Source: Octopus bimaculoides
Lineage: Eukaryota
NCBI RefSeq assembly: GCF_001194135.2
Contig: NC_068982.1
Span: 15,666,302 to 15,701,280, forward strand
Direction: 5' to 3'
Length of the DNA: 34,979 nt
Position 1 is the first letter of the stretch, and each line of letters opens with the position of its first letter. The position numbers and the translations under genes are program-made. Shown here piece by piece: positions 10,100 to 21,427 of this stretch. The notes below the pieces were generated by a model that did no database searches, had not been told where the DNA came from, and saw nothing but the letters and a program-made list of their open reading frames with translations.

Positions 10100-10810
10100 G
10101 ACTTTTACTTGTTTCAGTCATTAGACTGTGGCCATGCTGGGGCAACACATTGAAGAATTTTTTTAGACACATGAATTGACCCCAGGACTTATTCTTTTTA
10201 AGCCTGGTATTTCTTTTCTCAGTCTCTTTGCTGAACTGTGAAGTTACAGGGATATAAACAAACCAACACTGGTTGTCAAGCAGTTGTTGGGGACAAATGC
10301 AGACACATACACACACATCAATATATATATATATATATATATAGGTGTGGAAGTAGCTTGCTTACCAGCCACATGATTCCGAGTTCAGTCCCACTGCGTG
10401 GCACTTTGGGCAAGTGTCTTATACTATAGCCTCGGGCCGACCAAAGCCTTGTGAGTGGATTTGGTAGACAGAAACTGAAAGAAAGCCGTCGTATATATAT
10501 ATATATATATATGTTTGTATGTCTGTGTTTGTCCCCCCAACATTGCTTGACAACCGATGCTGGTGTGTTTACGTCCCCATAACTTAGTGGTTTGGCCTAA
10601 GAGACCAATAGAATAAGTACTAGACTTACAAAAAATAAGTCTTGGGGTCGATNNNNNNNNNNTATATATATATATATGATAGGCTTCTTTCAGTTTCTGT
10701 CTACCAAATCCGTTCACAAAGCTTTGGTTGGATCGAGGCTATAATAAAAGATACAATGTGACATGCAATGGGACTGAACCGGGAACCGTATGGTCGTAAA
10801 GCAAACTTCT
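10100..10810. mobile_element. Cluster of SINE A pieces: tail (-) 10100-10310, head+tail (+) 10343-10652, head (-) 10675-10810
   Basis: Motif matches; N-gap at 10653-10662. Confidence 0.8.
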
Positions 10811-12034
10811 CGTCATTGTTATTGTCCTCCAGCCTCCTCCTCCTCACTATCATCATCATCGCCATTGTCATGTAAATTGCTATGGGTAGCCTGCTATTCA
10901 GATATTGACTAGAGCCCCCCAAGATATTGACTAGAGCTAGAAAATTGCATGTGAAAAAGGGAGGATATGGAATGGCTGAAGCTCATGAGTCAAAGAGTCA
11001 CTCAACTCAATGGAAATTACCATTACGTCTTTACACCACCTACACAGTTATAAAACACCTGATTGATTTCTACCCCACCACACTTCACCATTATTAATTC
11101 ATACAAATATCTAAATTTGCTGAACCATCAAGTTGATGCTGCAATACCATAAAACCAGATTTAGAACTACAAAAACAAACAAAAGAAAAAGCATGAAATA
11201 GAAGAAAAATATATGGTTAAAAATAATAAAATCGGAGTGCATGTGGTATGGTTGACTAACCATTAATATCTGCTTTGGGGTTGCTGGGGGGAAAGATTCC
11301 TGTTTGGACACAATAAACCTATTCAATGAGAAACATTTAGATTCGAAACATTTTTAGTATTGTTCACTAAGTGAATGATTTTTAATACAGAAGATGGTTC
11401 CTGCTGCAATCTGGCATTTGAGAACAAAAACCGAGCACAACTATTTCTGAAAGATTGAAAAGTGATGTTCCCATCAAATCAACCAGCATTATGTTATTAA
11501 AGGCTAAAACGAAATAATTTTGTATAAACAAGAAAAAATAACACAAACATTCAATAGGAAAACAGAGAAACTAACATCCATAAGTTAGCTGTTGATCTGC
11601 CAGCTTTATTTGACAGAAAATGTTTCTGGCTTCTGATTGTCATTTTTGACTAATATTCTCTTCCGTCATGTTTAGTGTTCCTGTCACTTTAGTTTCTTCC
11701 AAACACCTCTCAATTCTGTTCTGATCCTCTCTTCATCTTAATACACTCTCTGATTCTCTGTTTTATCCTTTACCAATCTTTTACTTTGGTATCACGACTG
11801 TGATTTTTTTTATTCTTTATGTTTTTTTAAAATTCTTTATTTAAACTGATTTCTTCTCTTTTTCTTTTAAAAAGCTTTCTCTTCGCCCTTCATTTTTTAG
11901 TTCGATATCCCATATGTCGTATAGTCGTATATTCTAACATTGTGCTTCAGCAAGTTCGCTGTGCTTCTCGATGGCTTATCCTTATCTTTATTCTTCCATG
12001 TTACTGTTGTTAAGTGGTAAACATCAACATCACA

Positions 12035-12549
12035 ATCATCATCATGACCGTCATTATCATCATTGCCATTCTAACATCCACTTCTCCGAGCTCGCATTAG
12101 TCAGACAGAATTTGTTGATGATTGGTGGATTTTCTACGGCTGGATGCCCTTCCTGTCACCAACCATCACCTGTTTCCAAAGAAAGGCAATATTTCTCCAT
12201 GACCAGACATGTTTTCATGGAGGATTGTCAACGAAAGACACTGTTTGCATGACAGGGGCACTTGTTTACAACTGTCATGCAATATCGTAGAAAGGGAGCA
12301 ATAACACACATACACACACACAAATGTACACATATATATATATTTATATATATATATATATATATATATAACACATACACACACACAAATGTACATATAT
12401 CATCATCATCATCATCGTTTAACGTCCGCCTTCCATGCTAGCATGGGTTGGACGACTTGACTGAGGACTGGTGAAACCGGATGGCAACACCAGGCTCCAA
12501 TCTAAATTTGGCAGAGTTTCTACAGCTGGATGCCCTTCCTAACGCCAAC

Positions 12550-12550
<1 letters not shown>
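12035..12550 (-). mobile_element. Family F copy (12035-12310) and RTE 3' end family B (12400-12550)
   Basis: Both carry GCTGGATGCCCTTCCT and a (CAT)n tail on the plus strand. Confidence 0.75.
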
Positions 12551-12581
<31 letters not shown>

Positions 12582-12591
12582 NNNNNNNNNN

Positions 12592-12657
<66 letters not shown>

Positions 12658-12775
12658 CATACAAACATATGTATAAGTATATAGACAATAGGTGAGAGTT
12701 AGATATGCTCAGTATAGAAAACATGGAGTAGTGCTCAAACAAATTTGAACTTAAAACTCTGAATTCTTCATGCAG

Positions 12776-12803
12776 GATTAGGTCTGCAGCATCAAGAATG
12801 GCT
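12776..12803 (+). CDS. Candidate small exon of an unidentified gene (xLGLQHQEWL)
   Basis: TTCTTCATGCAG acceptor, GTAAGT donor; phase-compatible with 13312-13384. Confidence 0.25.
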
Positions 12804-12819
12804 GTAAGTAAAATCCAGT

Positions 12820-12881
12820 ATATCTATCTATCTATCTATCTGTCTGTCTGACTGTCTGTCTATCTGACTTTCTATCTATCA

Positions 12882-12938
<57 letters not shown>

Positions 12939-13190
12939 TCTATCTGTCTGTCCATCTGACTGTCTATCAATCTGTCTATCTGTCTGTCTGTCTGTCTGTG
13001 TATCTAGCTATCTATCTGTCTGTCTGTCTGCCTGTCTGTCTGCCTGCCTGCCTATCTGTCTGTGTGTCTGTCTATTTATCTATCTCTCTGTCTGCCTGTC
13101 TGTCTATCTATCTATCTAATATATATATATATATGTATATATATATGTCTCTCTATCAATCTGTCTATCTACCTGTCTGTCTTTCTATAT
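12820..13190. repeat. (TCTA)n/(TCTG)n compound microsatellite
   Basis: Read directly. Confidence 0.95.
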
Positions 13191-13311
13191 CCACCCAACC
13201 ATCCAAACATACATACATGTACCCCCCCCCACACACACACATACACACATGTCAATCTATATATCTCATTCCGTCTATGCTGTTACATGTTAATAGCCTA
13301 GTTTTATTCAG

Positions 13312-13384
13312 GAAACAAATAAAAGAAAATGTTGGCTTAGGTTGTTATATTTTCTCTTTGTCATTAACCTTACCATCTGATATT
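13312..13384 (+). CDS. Candidate exon (KQIKENVGLGCYIFSLSLTLPSDI)
   Basis: GTTTTATTCAG acceptor, GTAAGT donor, open frame; no family recognised. Confidence 0.25.
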
Positions 13385-14087
13385 GTAAGTCAGTCTGACG
13401 ATTGTTTAGCAGCAGAGTGAATGTTGCTTTTAACTCATTTACCATCAGCTTTTACTATGACACAATAAGTTCTCTCCCTAAATGGTTAGTAACATCTAAA
13501 TAAATTCTTTTACCTTAACCACTGCAGTATCTTGATTTCGTTGAGTCAATGTAACTATCAGAGTAATATGAATTGCCCACATGCCAATATTTCACCTATT
13601 AGACAAACTCTGAGGTTTTGATGATATAATCTGATGTTAAGGTATATCCATGCACAAAGGAACTATTTACCAATGAAATATGTGTAGAGATCTAATGAAT
13701 AAATACACAAACATCTGCACTATTATTTGTTTTATATCTCCTCTGTGTTCTGAATATTGATAGAGAATAGCATGAAGAAATTTTTTTTAAATGATTTGAT
13801 TTTCTTTTATACTCACATCTTTGATACAATAAGGCAACACATGGGGTTCTAAACATTGGTTATACGCACTGTACAAATGTTAAATATATAAATATAGATA
13901 TATGTAAAGCTGCCTGCCTGCATGTCTGTATGTATGTAAATTAACGTAAGTATACACACTCACACACACACACAAACACACACAATCGAAGAAGAGAGAA
14001 AAAAGTTATAACATCACCTGCAGGATTTGAACACACTATCTATTATACAGTGTATAATTGTGTATGACTGTGCAATATATATGTGTG

Positions 14088-14142
<55 letters not shown>

Positions 14143-14544
14143 NNNNNNNNNNNNNNNNNNNNNNNNNNNNNNNNNNNNNNNNNNNNNNNNNNNNNNNNNN
14201 NNNNNNNNNNNNNNNNNNNNNNNNNNNNNNNNNNNNNNNNNNNNNNNNNNNNNNNNNNNNNNNNNNNNNNNNNNNNNNNNNNNNNNNNNNNNNNNNNNNN
14301 NNNNNNNNNNNNNNNNNNNNNNNNNNNNNNNNNNNNNNNNNNNNNNNNNNNNNNNNNNNNNNNNNNNNNNNNNNNNNNNNNNNNNNNNNNNNNNNNNNNN
14401 NNNNNNNNNNNNNNNNNNNNNNNNNNNNNNNNNNNNNNNNNNNNNNNNNNNNNNNNNNNNNNNNNNNNNNNNNNNNNNNNNNNNNNNNNNNNNNNNNNNN
14501 NNNNNNNNNNNNNNNNNNNNNNNNNNNNNNNNNNNNNNNNNNNN
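14143..14544. other. Largest assembly gap (others: 5137-5146, 10653-10662, 12582-12591, 15583-15802, 18430-18444, 20139-20165, 24257-24273, 25039-25108, 28746-28862)
   Basis: N runs, mostly flanked by (TA)n or (CA)n. Confidence 0.98.
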
Positions 14545-15339
14545 ATATATATATATATATACATACACACACACATACACATATGCATGTGTGTCTGTGT
14601 GTGTGTGTGAATTTCCGTTGAATTCTATGCTGTTTTTTTCATTTTTGCTAATTATTCAAAGGGAGGAGTAGTACTCGTGACCTTTGAAGGTCCCCCTTGG
14701 CAGTTTGTACTAGATGTAGAGAGCTATCATAATACACATAAATACACACACATATACATATATATGTCTGCATGCATGTGTGTGTGTACATATATACACA
14801 TGCATGTGTGTGCATGTATATATATCTATATATATGTATGTATATGTATGTACATATATATATGTATATATATATATATATGTATATATATGTATGTATA
14901 TATATGTATATATATCTCTGTGTTAATATTATATGAAGGGCTGTCATCTGGTTATTAGAAGCTAACCACACTTTGCTTGCCAAATTTCTCTCCTTAACCA
15001 TTAAATAATATCCTTCTTTTAAGATTGATTTCACTCAAATTTCTGGCAGCTGCTAAAAGGAAGTGTAATACTTCTGTTGAAAAAATAACATATTCGCACA
15101 TGCAAGCACACACATTATGCATACTGAGGCACAGAGATGCAGGAACAAACAAACACACACACGCAACACTTTTGTAATATGAATGTGCACGTACGTGAAC
15201 TTCTGTATATGCATACAGTAATATTTACAATCATATTCACACTGGCATGCAGGTCTGACATATGTAGCATGCATTCAATAATACTTATACACCAACCGCC
15301 ACATATATAATATGTAAGAATAATATGTAATATATATAG

Positions 15340-15512
15340 GCACAGGTGTGGCTGCGTGGTAAGAAGCTTGCTTCCCAACCACATGGTTCTGAGTTCAGTC
15401 CCACTGAGTAGTACCTTGTACAAGTGTCTTCTACTATAGCCTCGGGCCGACCAAAACCTTGTGAGTGGACTTGGTAGACGGAAACTGAAAGAAGTCCGTT
15501 GTAAATATATAT

Positions 15513-15566
<54 letters not shown>

Positions 15567-16110
15567 TATATATGTGTATATANNNNNNNNNNNNNNNNNN
15601 NNNNNNNNNNNNNNNNNNNNNNNNNNNNNNNNNNNNNNNNNNNNNNNNNNNNNNNNNNNNNNNNNNNNNNNNNNNNNNNNNNNNNNNNNNNNNNNNNNNN
15701 NNNNNNNNNNNNNNNNNNNNNNNNNNNNNNNNNNNNNNNNNNNNNNNNNNNNNNNNNNNNNNNNNNNNNNNNNNNNNNNNNNNNNNNNNNNNNNNNNNNN
15801 NNAGCGAGGTCGTTGCCAGTGCCTCTGGACTGGCTCCTGTGCAGGTGGCACATAAAATACACCATTTGAGCATGGCCGTTGCCAGTACCGCCAGACTGGC
15901 CCTCGTGCCAGTGGCACGTAAAAGCACCCACTACACTCTCGGAGTGGTTGGCATTAGGAAAGGCATCCAGCTGTAGAAACTCTGCCAGATCAGATTGGAG
16001 CCTGGTGCAGCCATCTGGTTCGCCAGTCCTCAGTCAAATCGTCCAACCCATGCCAGCATGGAAAGCGGATGTTAAACGATGATGATGATGATGATGATGA
16101 TGAGGATGAT
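15340..16110 (+). mobile_element. SINE A head (15340-15500), (TA)n, gap, then RTE 3' end with two UTR units (15803-16110)
   Basis: Motif matches; the link across the gap is not seen. Confidence 0.75.
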
Positions 16111-17094
16111 GATTGCAATGTCATCGTTTCCGTTCCCGGGTCAGGGTCTGTGTTGGGTTCTTGAGCAAAACACTTCATTTCATGTTTCTCTGTGATAGCT
16201 TCGACATCTGTCATGTGGTACGTAGTGCACCTGCAGAAGTAATGTTGACCAGATGGATTCTGTTAATGCACAGTACAAATATTTAAGCACTATTAACCAA
16301 TCATCTGTGCTGGTTGTTTTGCTACAAATTGCAGAAACCTTATGTATCTCCTATGACAGGAGAGTCCATGTGTTTTCACTACGCACTATGCATACACATA
16401 CACATGGCATTAAAAAAAAAAATCCAGTCATATCCATTGGATATGACAGCTAGTGTTTCAGTTGATCCAATCAGTGGAACAGCCTGCTCATAAAATTAAC
16501 ATCCGAGTGGCTGAGTACTTCACAGACATCTGTGTGGTAATAAATACTGATATTATTACAATGAAAACAAGGCTTAGAAATGGTATTTAAACATGGCTGT
16601 CTGCTGACCAGCTAGGTTGGTGATTAAAGCTACTACTGACAGCTACTGTACTCTCGTTCTTAGAAGAGTAGAGCGTATTTTCGGTCAATCTTTACTGCCT
16701 CCTGTATTAGCAAAATTGAGAATTGCTGCACTACTACAATGGCTGTAGTTTAATGACTGAAACGAGTAAGAAAAAAAAAAAAAATAGATAGACGATAATA
16801 AGTTTCTATATTTTTTTCACTACTTCCTCCATATGCTGTCACTGTTGTAGATTGCTTTCCAAAGAGAGAAGGGTTCGCAGATGAGTTGGGGATCTGAGAC
16901 TTGAAACATGCAAAAACAATAAGAAAATCTGGGAGAAAAATACTAAATCTTTTCAGCCTCCAGTATTAACAAAATTCTAACTAGCAGAAGTGATTCTTCA
17001 TTTATACTTAAATATATACATAAGAATGAGAAGAAGAAGAAGAAGAAGAAGAAAGGAGAAACAAGACACAAAAAAAAAAATACAATTCACCACC

Positions 17095-17346
17095 TTAAGT
17101 TGAAAATTTTGGGGTGCTGGGAAACCTCTCCAAGGACTTTTGAGGCACGCAAGTGATGGAGAGGCTGATGCGCTGCAATAAATAAGCGCCCTCATGAGCT
17201 TCACTGGTTACCTCTGCTTGGTGAGCTGCCACTGAAGACAGGAATCTTTCAGTTAGTGGTCTGACCCCACCAAACGCCTTGAACACCACAGGATAGAAAA
17301 TGTAGTTGGCCGACAGATTGTGGTGCCGCAGAAACTGCAGTTCTCA
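17095..17346 (-). mobile_element. 3' fragment of a CRE-clade-like RLE non-LTR retrotransposon ORF
   Basis: ELQFLRHHNLSANYIFYPVVFKAFGGVRPLTERFLSSVAAHQAEVTSEAHEGAYLLQRISLSI resembles the CRE C-terminal pattern Y.F.PVAFET.G..G.....FL..L....VTG..RE...L.QR.S.AI (recalled pattern, not searched). Confidence 0.6.
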
Positions 17347-17399
17347 CCCGAAGGTGGTGAGTTGTTTGTTGTTTTTTTTTTTTCTTCTTCTTACTCATA

Positions 17400-17612
17400 G
17401 ATCTGGTCTCTTACACATACCCTATAATGTCACTGTGGAAATAAGAACCTCTTCTTCAAAACTTTAAGCTGTGAGATAATACATGGTAAATTCAAAACAA
17501 AGTGGAACAACAAGCATTACATTTAGCAGAGTAATTTGAATACTAGAGAATTAAACAGGAAGCTTTTATCAGAGAACCATAGGTGGTCTCAGGCGGATTG
17601 GCATCAAAAAGG
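17400..17612. mobile_element. Divergent relative of the piggyBac-type MITE
   Basis: End GGTGGTCTCAGGCGGATTGGCATCAAAAAGG resembles the MITE right end GGTTTCAGCCGGGTTGGTATCAAAAGGG; interior differs. Confidence 0.45.
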
Positions 17613-17752
17613 TTGTAAATGGACAGGCACATTAGCTAATGTAAATAAGTAGATCAAAATCCACCATGTTCTGGTAAAAAAAACCCCAGAAAGAACAAAA
17701 AAACAGGAAAGTCTCAGCTGGTTTATCTTTGATCATAGTTCTGCTTGATCAG

Positions 17753-17829
17753 TGTTTGAACTGGGGTTAAACTATAATGACCCACCATGTGTTATAATTT
17801 GGTCTGTAGCTGCTGCTAACTTTCGTCTG
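17753..17829 (+). CDS. Candidate exon (xFELGLNYNDPPCVIIWSVAAANFRL)
   Basis: AG at 17751-17752, GTATAA donor, open frame, phase 0 exit compatible with 19740; splice sites only moderate. Confidence 0.25.
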
Positions 17830-18001
17830 GTATAAATATGTCTTCCTTTCTTTTATGGATATATAAGGTAGTGAATTGGCAGCATCGGTAAACTGTGGTT
17901 CTCATCCATTTTTTTTTTTTTTGCCTTTGAACCACTTTGATTCCTGTTTTACTCAATTGGTCCCCCATAGACATTTGATGCTAAATAAAACCCTATTATA
18001 G

Positions 18002-18386
18002 ATGTCATCATCATCATCATCATCGTTTACCGTCTGCCTTCCATGCTGGCATGGGTGGGATGGTTTGACAGAGCCTGCCAGGTAGAAGCCTGGACTGGAC
18101 TTCTGTAACAGTTTTCGCAGGATTTTTACAGCTGGATGCCCTTCCTAACACTAACCACTCAGCAGAGTGGAATTAGTGTTTTATATATGGCCCAAGCACA
18201 GGTGAGGTCAGTTTTGGCAAGGTTTTTACAACTGGGTGCCCTTTTGAATACCAACCACTTTACAGTGTGGACTGGGTGCTTTTAAGTGGCACCTGCACTG
18301 ACAGGGTCACCAAATACCTCGCAAGACAAAAAAAAAATACCAAAAAATCTCTTTTGAGAGGGGCAGGGGTATTGGAGGAGGTGGAG

Positions 18387-18429
<43 letters not shown>

Positions 18430-18444
18430 NNNNNNNNNNNNNNN

Positions 18445-18485
<41 letters not shown>

Positions 18486-18815
18486 CATCATCATCATGAT
18501 CATCATCACTTAAGTCCATTGTCCATGCTGGCATGGGTTGGACAGTTTGACCAGGACTGGCAAGCTGGAAGGCTGCACCAGGCTCCAGTCTGATTTGGCA
18601 TGGTTTTCTATGGATGGATGCCCTTCCTAATGCCAACCACTCCGAGAGTGTAATGGGTGCTTTTATGTGCCACTGGCATGGGTGCCATTTACGTCACACT
18701 AGTATCTTCCACAACTGCTTTTGGCTTTATGGGCCTTCTTCTCAAGCATGGCATAATGCCAAACATCTCGGTCATTCGTCATTGCCTCTGTGAGGCCCAA
18801 CACTCAAAATGTGTG
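18002..18815 (-). mobile_element. Two RTE 3' ends (18002-18390; 18483-18815, the latter with ORF tail VLGLTEAMTNDRDVWHYAMLEK)
   Basis: Translated RTE C-terminal motif plus family B UTR. Confidence 0.8.
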
Positions 18816-18844
18816 TATGTGAATATATGAATAATCCACATTGC

Positions 18845-19068
18845 TCTGTAACGAGTATAGGCCCAGTTCCTCTGGCACTTATGCGACACCCTGGATAGGA
18901 TGCCAGTCTGTCACAGGGTTACTCATTTTTACCAACTGACTCGACTGGAGCAACATGAAATAAAGTGTTTTACTCAAGAACACAATGCATATCCCGGTCC
19001 AGGAATTGAAACCACAATGTTATGAGCTTGAGTCTAACACCCTAACCACTAAGCCATGTGCCTCCTCA
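18845..19068 (-). mobile_element. SINE family C variant
   Basis: Minus strand begins GGCACATGGCTTAGTGGTTAGGG (A box) ... GGTTTCAATTCC (B box). Confidence 0.75.
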
Positions 19069-19159
19069 ATTATTTCTTACATTGCAATAATTTGAAGAGG
19101 CAATGGTTAGTAGCAGTAGTGATGGTAGTGGTTGGTGGTTTTCTTTTGCACTCTTTTAA

Positions 19160-19456
19160 AGCTTAGCCAGGCTCATGGGCCCAGTTTCCCGGTTTCTATG
19201 GAGTATGTGTCTCCCCTCCCCCAGCTGGACGGGACGCCAGTCCATCGCAGCGTTACTCAAGAAACAGGAAGAAAGAGTGAGAGAAAGTTGGGGTGAAAGA
19301 GTACAACAGGGGTCACCACCACCTCCTGCCGGAGCCTCGTGGAGCTTTAAGGTGCTTTCGCTCAATAAGCACACACAATGCCCGGTCTGGGAATCGAAAC
19401 CGCGATCGTCCGACTGCGTGTCCGTTGCCCTAACCACTGGGCCATTGCGCCGCCAC
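19160..19456 (-). mobile_element. SINE family C variant, CpG-intact (young)
   Basis: Minus strand GGCGCAATGGCCCAGTGGTTAGGG...GGTTTCGATTCCC tRNA-like head; body shared with 28863-29060. Confidence 0.8.
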
Positions 19457-19739
19457 ATGGATGGTGGTTTAGGCATTTATAATTATTTAGACTGTCTCCT
19501 GTACAGTTCCTGTCTGTGGAATTTCTTCATGAGACACTGGTCAGCTTTAAACTGCATTATAAATGACTTGCCCATATTACTACTCAGTACAACTAAATGT
19601 GACGCCACACAGTTGCAAACCAAACTACTTAACCATGTAGCTACTCTTGTACCTACATTTCAATATATGACTATAACCATCAATAGAAATTCTGCGATGA
19701 ATTGAATGCATGTTCGCTGAGTGTTCCTGTCTATCATAG

Positions 19740-19830
19740 TTAACGACTGAATACTTCATATTCACATTTCAACTTGAAGATCTGCCAAGACATGGATCAG
19801 GAGCCATGTTTTGGCAGAACTTCACAAGGG
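19740..19830 (+). CDS. Best candidate coding exon (LTTEYFIFTFQLEDLPRHGSGAMFWQNFTR)
   Basis: TTCCTGTCTATCATAG acceptor, GG/GTAATG donor, only one open frame, unique non-repetitive sequence; product not recognised. Confidence 0.4.
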
Positions 19831-19975
19831 GTAATGTGAATACATATTATTTGACTAATAATTAATATGTGTTTAGATATATACACACACACACATACAT
19901 ACATACGTACACACACAAACACAGACATGTACGTATTTACATATATATATATGGATATATGCACATGCATATAAG

Positions 19976-20006
<31 letters not shown>

Positions 20007-20244
20007 AATAAATTTCAGGGTTAGATGTCCTATTATGGACATCTCTCTTATGTGTTTAAATGTACACTGTATGTATATATATGTAAATACGTATATGTGT
20101 GCATATATACATATACATACATACATACATTATATATANNNNNNNNNNNNNNNNNNNNNNNNNNNTATATATATATATATATATATATATATGATATAGT
20201 ATGTACCTTATTTTTGGCAGGAGGTTTAAACTGATAAGATCTAA

Positions 20245-20640
20245 TCACCATTATCATCATCATTTAATGTCTGTTTTCCATGTTGGAATGAGTTAGACTG
20301 TTTGACTGGAACTGGTAAATCGGAGGGTCACACCAGGTTCCAGTCTCATTTAGCATGGTGTCTACGGCTGGACGCCCTTCCTAATGCCAACCACTCTGAG
20401 AGTGTAATGAGTTCTTTTTACGTGCCACCGAAATGGGTGCCATTTATATGACAGCGGCTACGGCCATGACTATGGTTTTGCTTGGCTTGAGAAGTCTTCT
20501 CAAGCACTGCATACCGCCAAAGGTCCCGGTCCCTCATCATTACCCCTGTTAGGCCCCACATTTGAAGATCATGCTCCACCACCTCATCGCATGTCTTCCT
20601 GGGTTTGCCTCTTCCACAGGTTCCCTTCATAGTTAGAGAT
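20245..20640 (-). mobile_element. 5'-truncated RTE LINE with ORF C-terminus
   Basis: MKGTCGRGKPRKTCDEVVEHDLQMWGLTGVMMRDRDLWRYAVLEKT matches the established RTE end motif RGRP.KTW...V..DL...GL......DR..WR; followed by family B UTR and GAT tail. Confidence 0.85.
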
Positions 20641-20797
20641 CGGTATGGCTGTTTAGTAAGAAGCTTGCTTCCCTACCACATGATTCAGGGTTCAGTCCCA
20701 CTGAGTGGCACCTTGGGCAAGTATCTTCTACTATAGCCTCAGGCCGACCAAAGCCTTGTGAGTGGATTTGGTAGACAGAAACTGAAAGAATCCCATC

Positions 20798-20846
<49 letters not shown>

Positions 20847-21232
20847 TGTATGTATTTATGTATGTGTCTTTGTGTCTTTGTTTGCTGTGCAAAAGCACCC
20901 AGTACTCTCTGTAAAGGGGTTAGCATTAGGAAGGACATCCAACTGTAGAAACCCTGCCAAAACTGTTGACTGGAGCCTGTGCACCTGTCTGGTTGGCCAG
21001 TTCCTGTCAAACCGTCCAACCACTAGTGTAGGTGGGGGGACAGTAAGGGTGGCCCGCCCCAGGCAGCACTCTTAAATGGGCAGCACTCTTAAATGGGCAG
21101 CACTTTTGGGTCTACCGTAGGCAATGTGTGTTTTTTGTGGGGTCCAGTGGGGGTGGTGGGCACACAGTCTACTTATGCTAGTACGTCCAACCCATACCAG
21201 CATGGAAAACAGATGTTAAATGATGATGATAA
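20641..21232 (+). mobile_element. SINE A head + (TA)n + RTE tail, interrupted by a hAT-type MITE
   Basis: Head 20641-20800, RTE tail 20885-21020 and 21184-21232. Confidence 0.75.
21021..21183. mobile_element. 163-bp hAT-type MITE
   Basis: Exact 8-bp TSD CGTCCAAC (21013-21020, 21184-21191); imperfect 13-bp TIR CACTAGTGTAGGT / ACTTATGCTAGTA; an 8-bp TSD is typical of hAT but also of P and Merlin. Confidence 0.75.
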
Positions 21233-21427
21233 ATTCGTTCAAAATATTTTGATTAGTCAAAGCTTGTAGAAGAAAATGAGGTGCTGTGGAATGGGACTGA
21301 ACCAGAAACAAAGTTGGTGTGAAGAGAATTCCTGTACTGTGTGTATACACACACACACTCACACATGCGTGCGCACATACATATTTTATATCTATCTATC
21401 TATCTTATATATATATCTATATATATA

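Noticed and set aside
13817-13868. Minus-strand exon candidate (AYNQCLEPHVLPYCIKD) with GTGAGT donor
   Set aside because: Isolated; no consistent minus-strand chain or recognisable domain, although it cannot be excluded.
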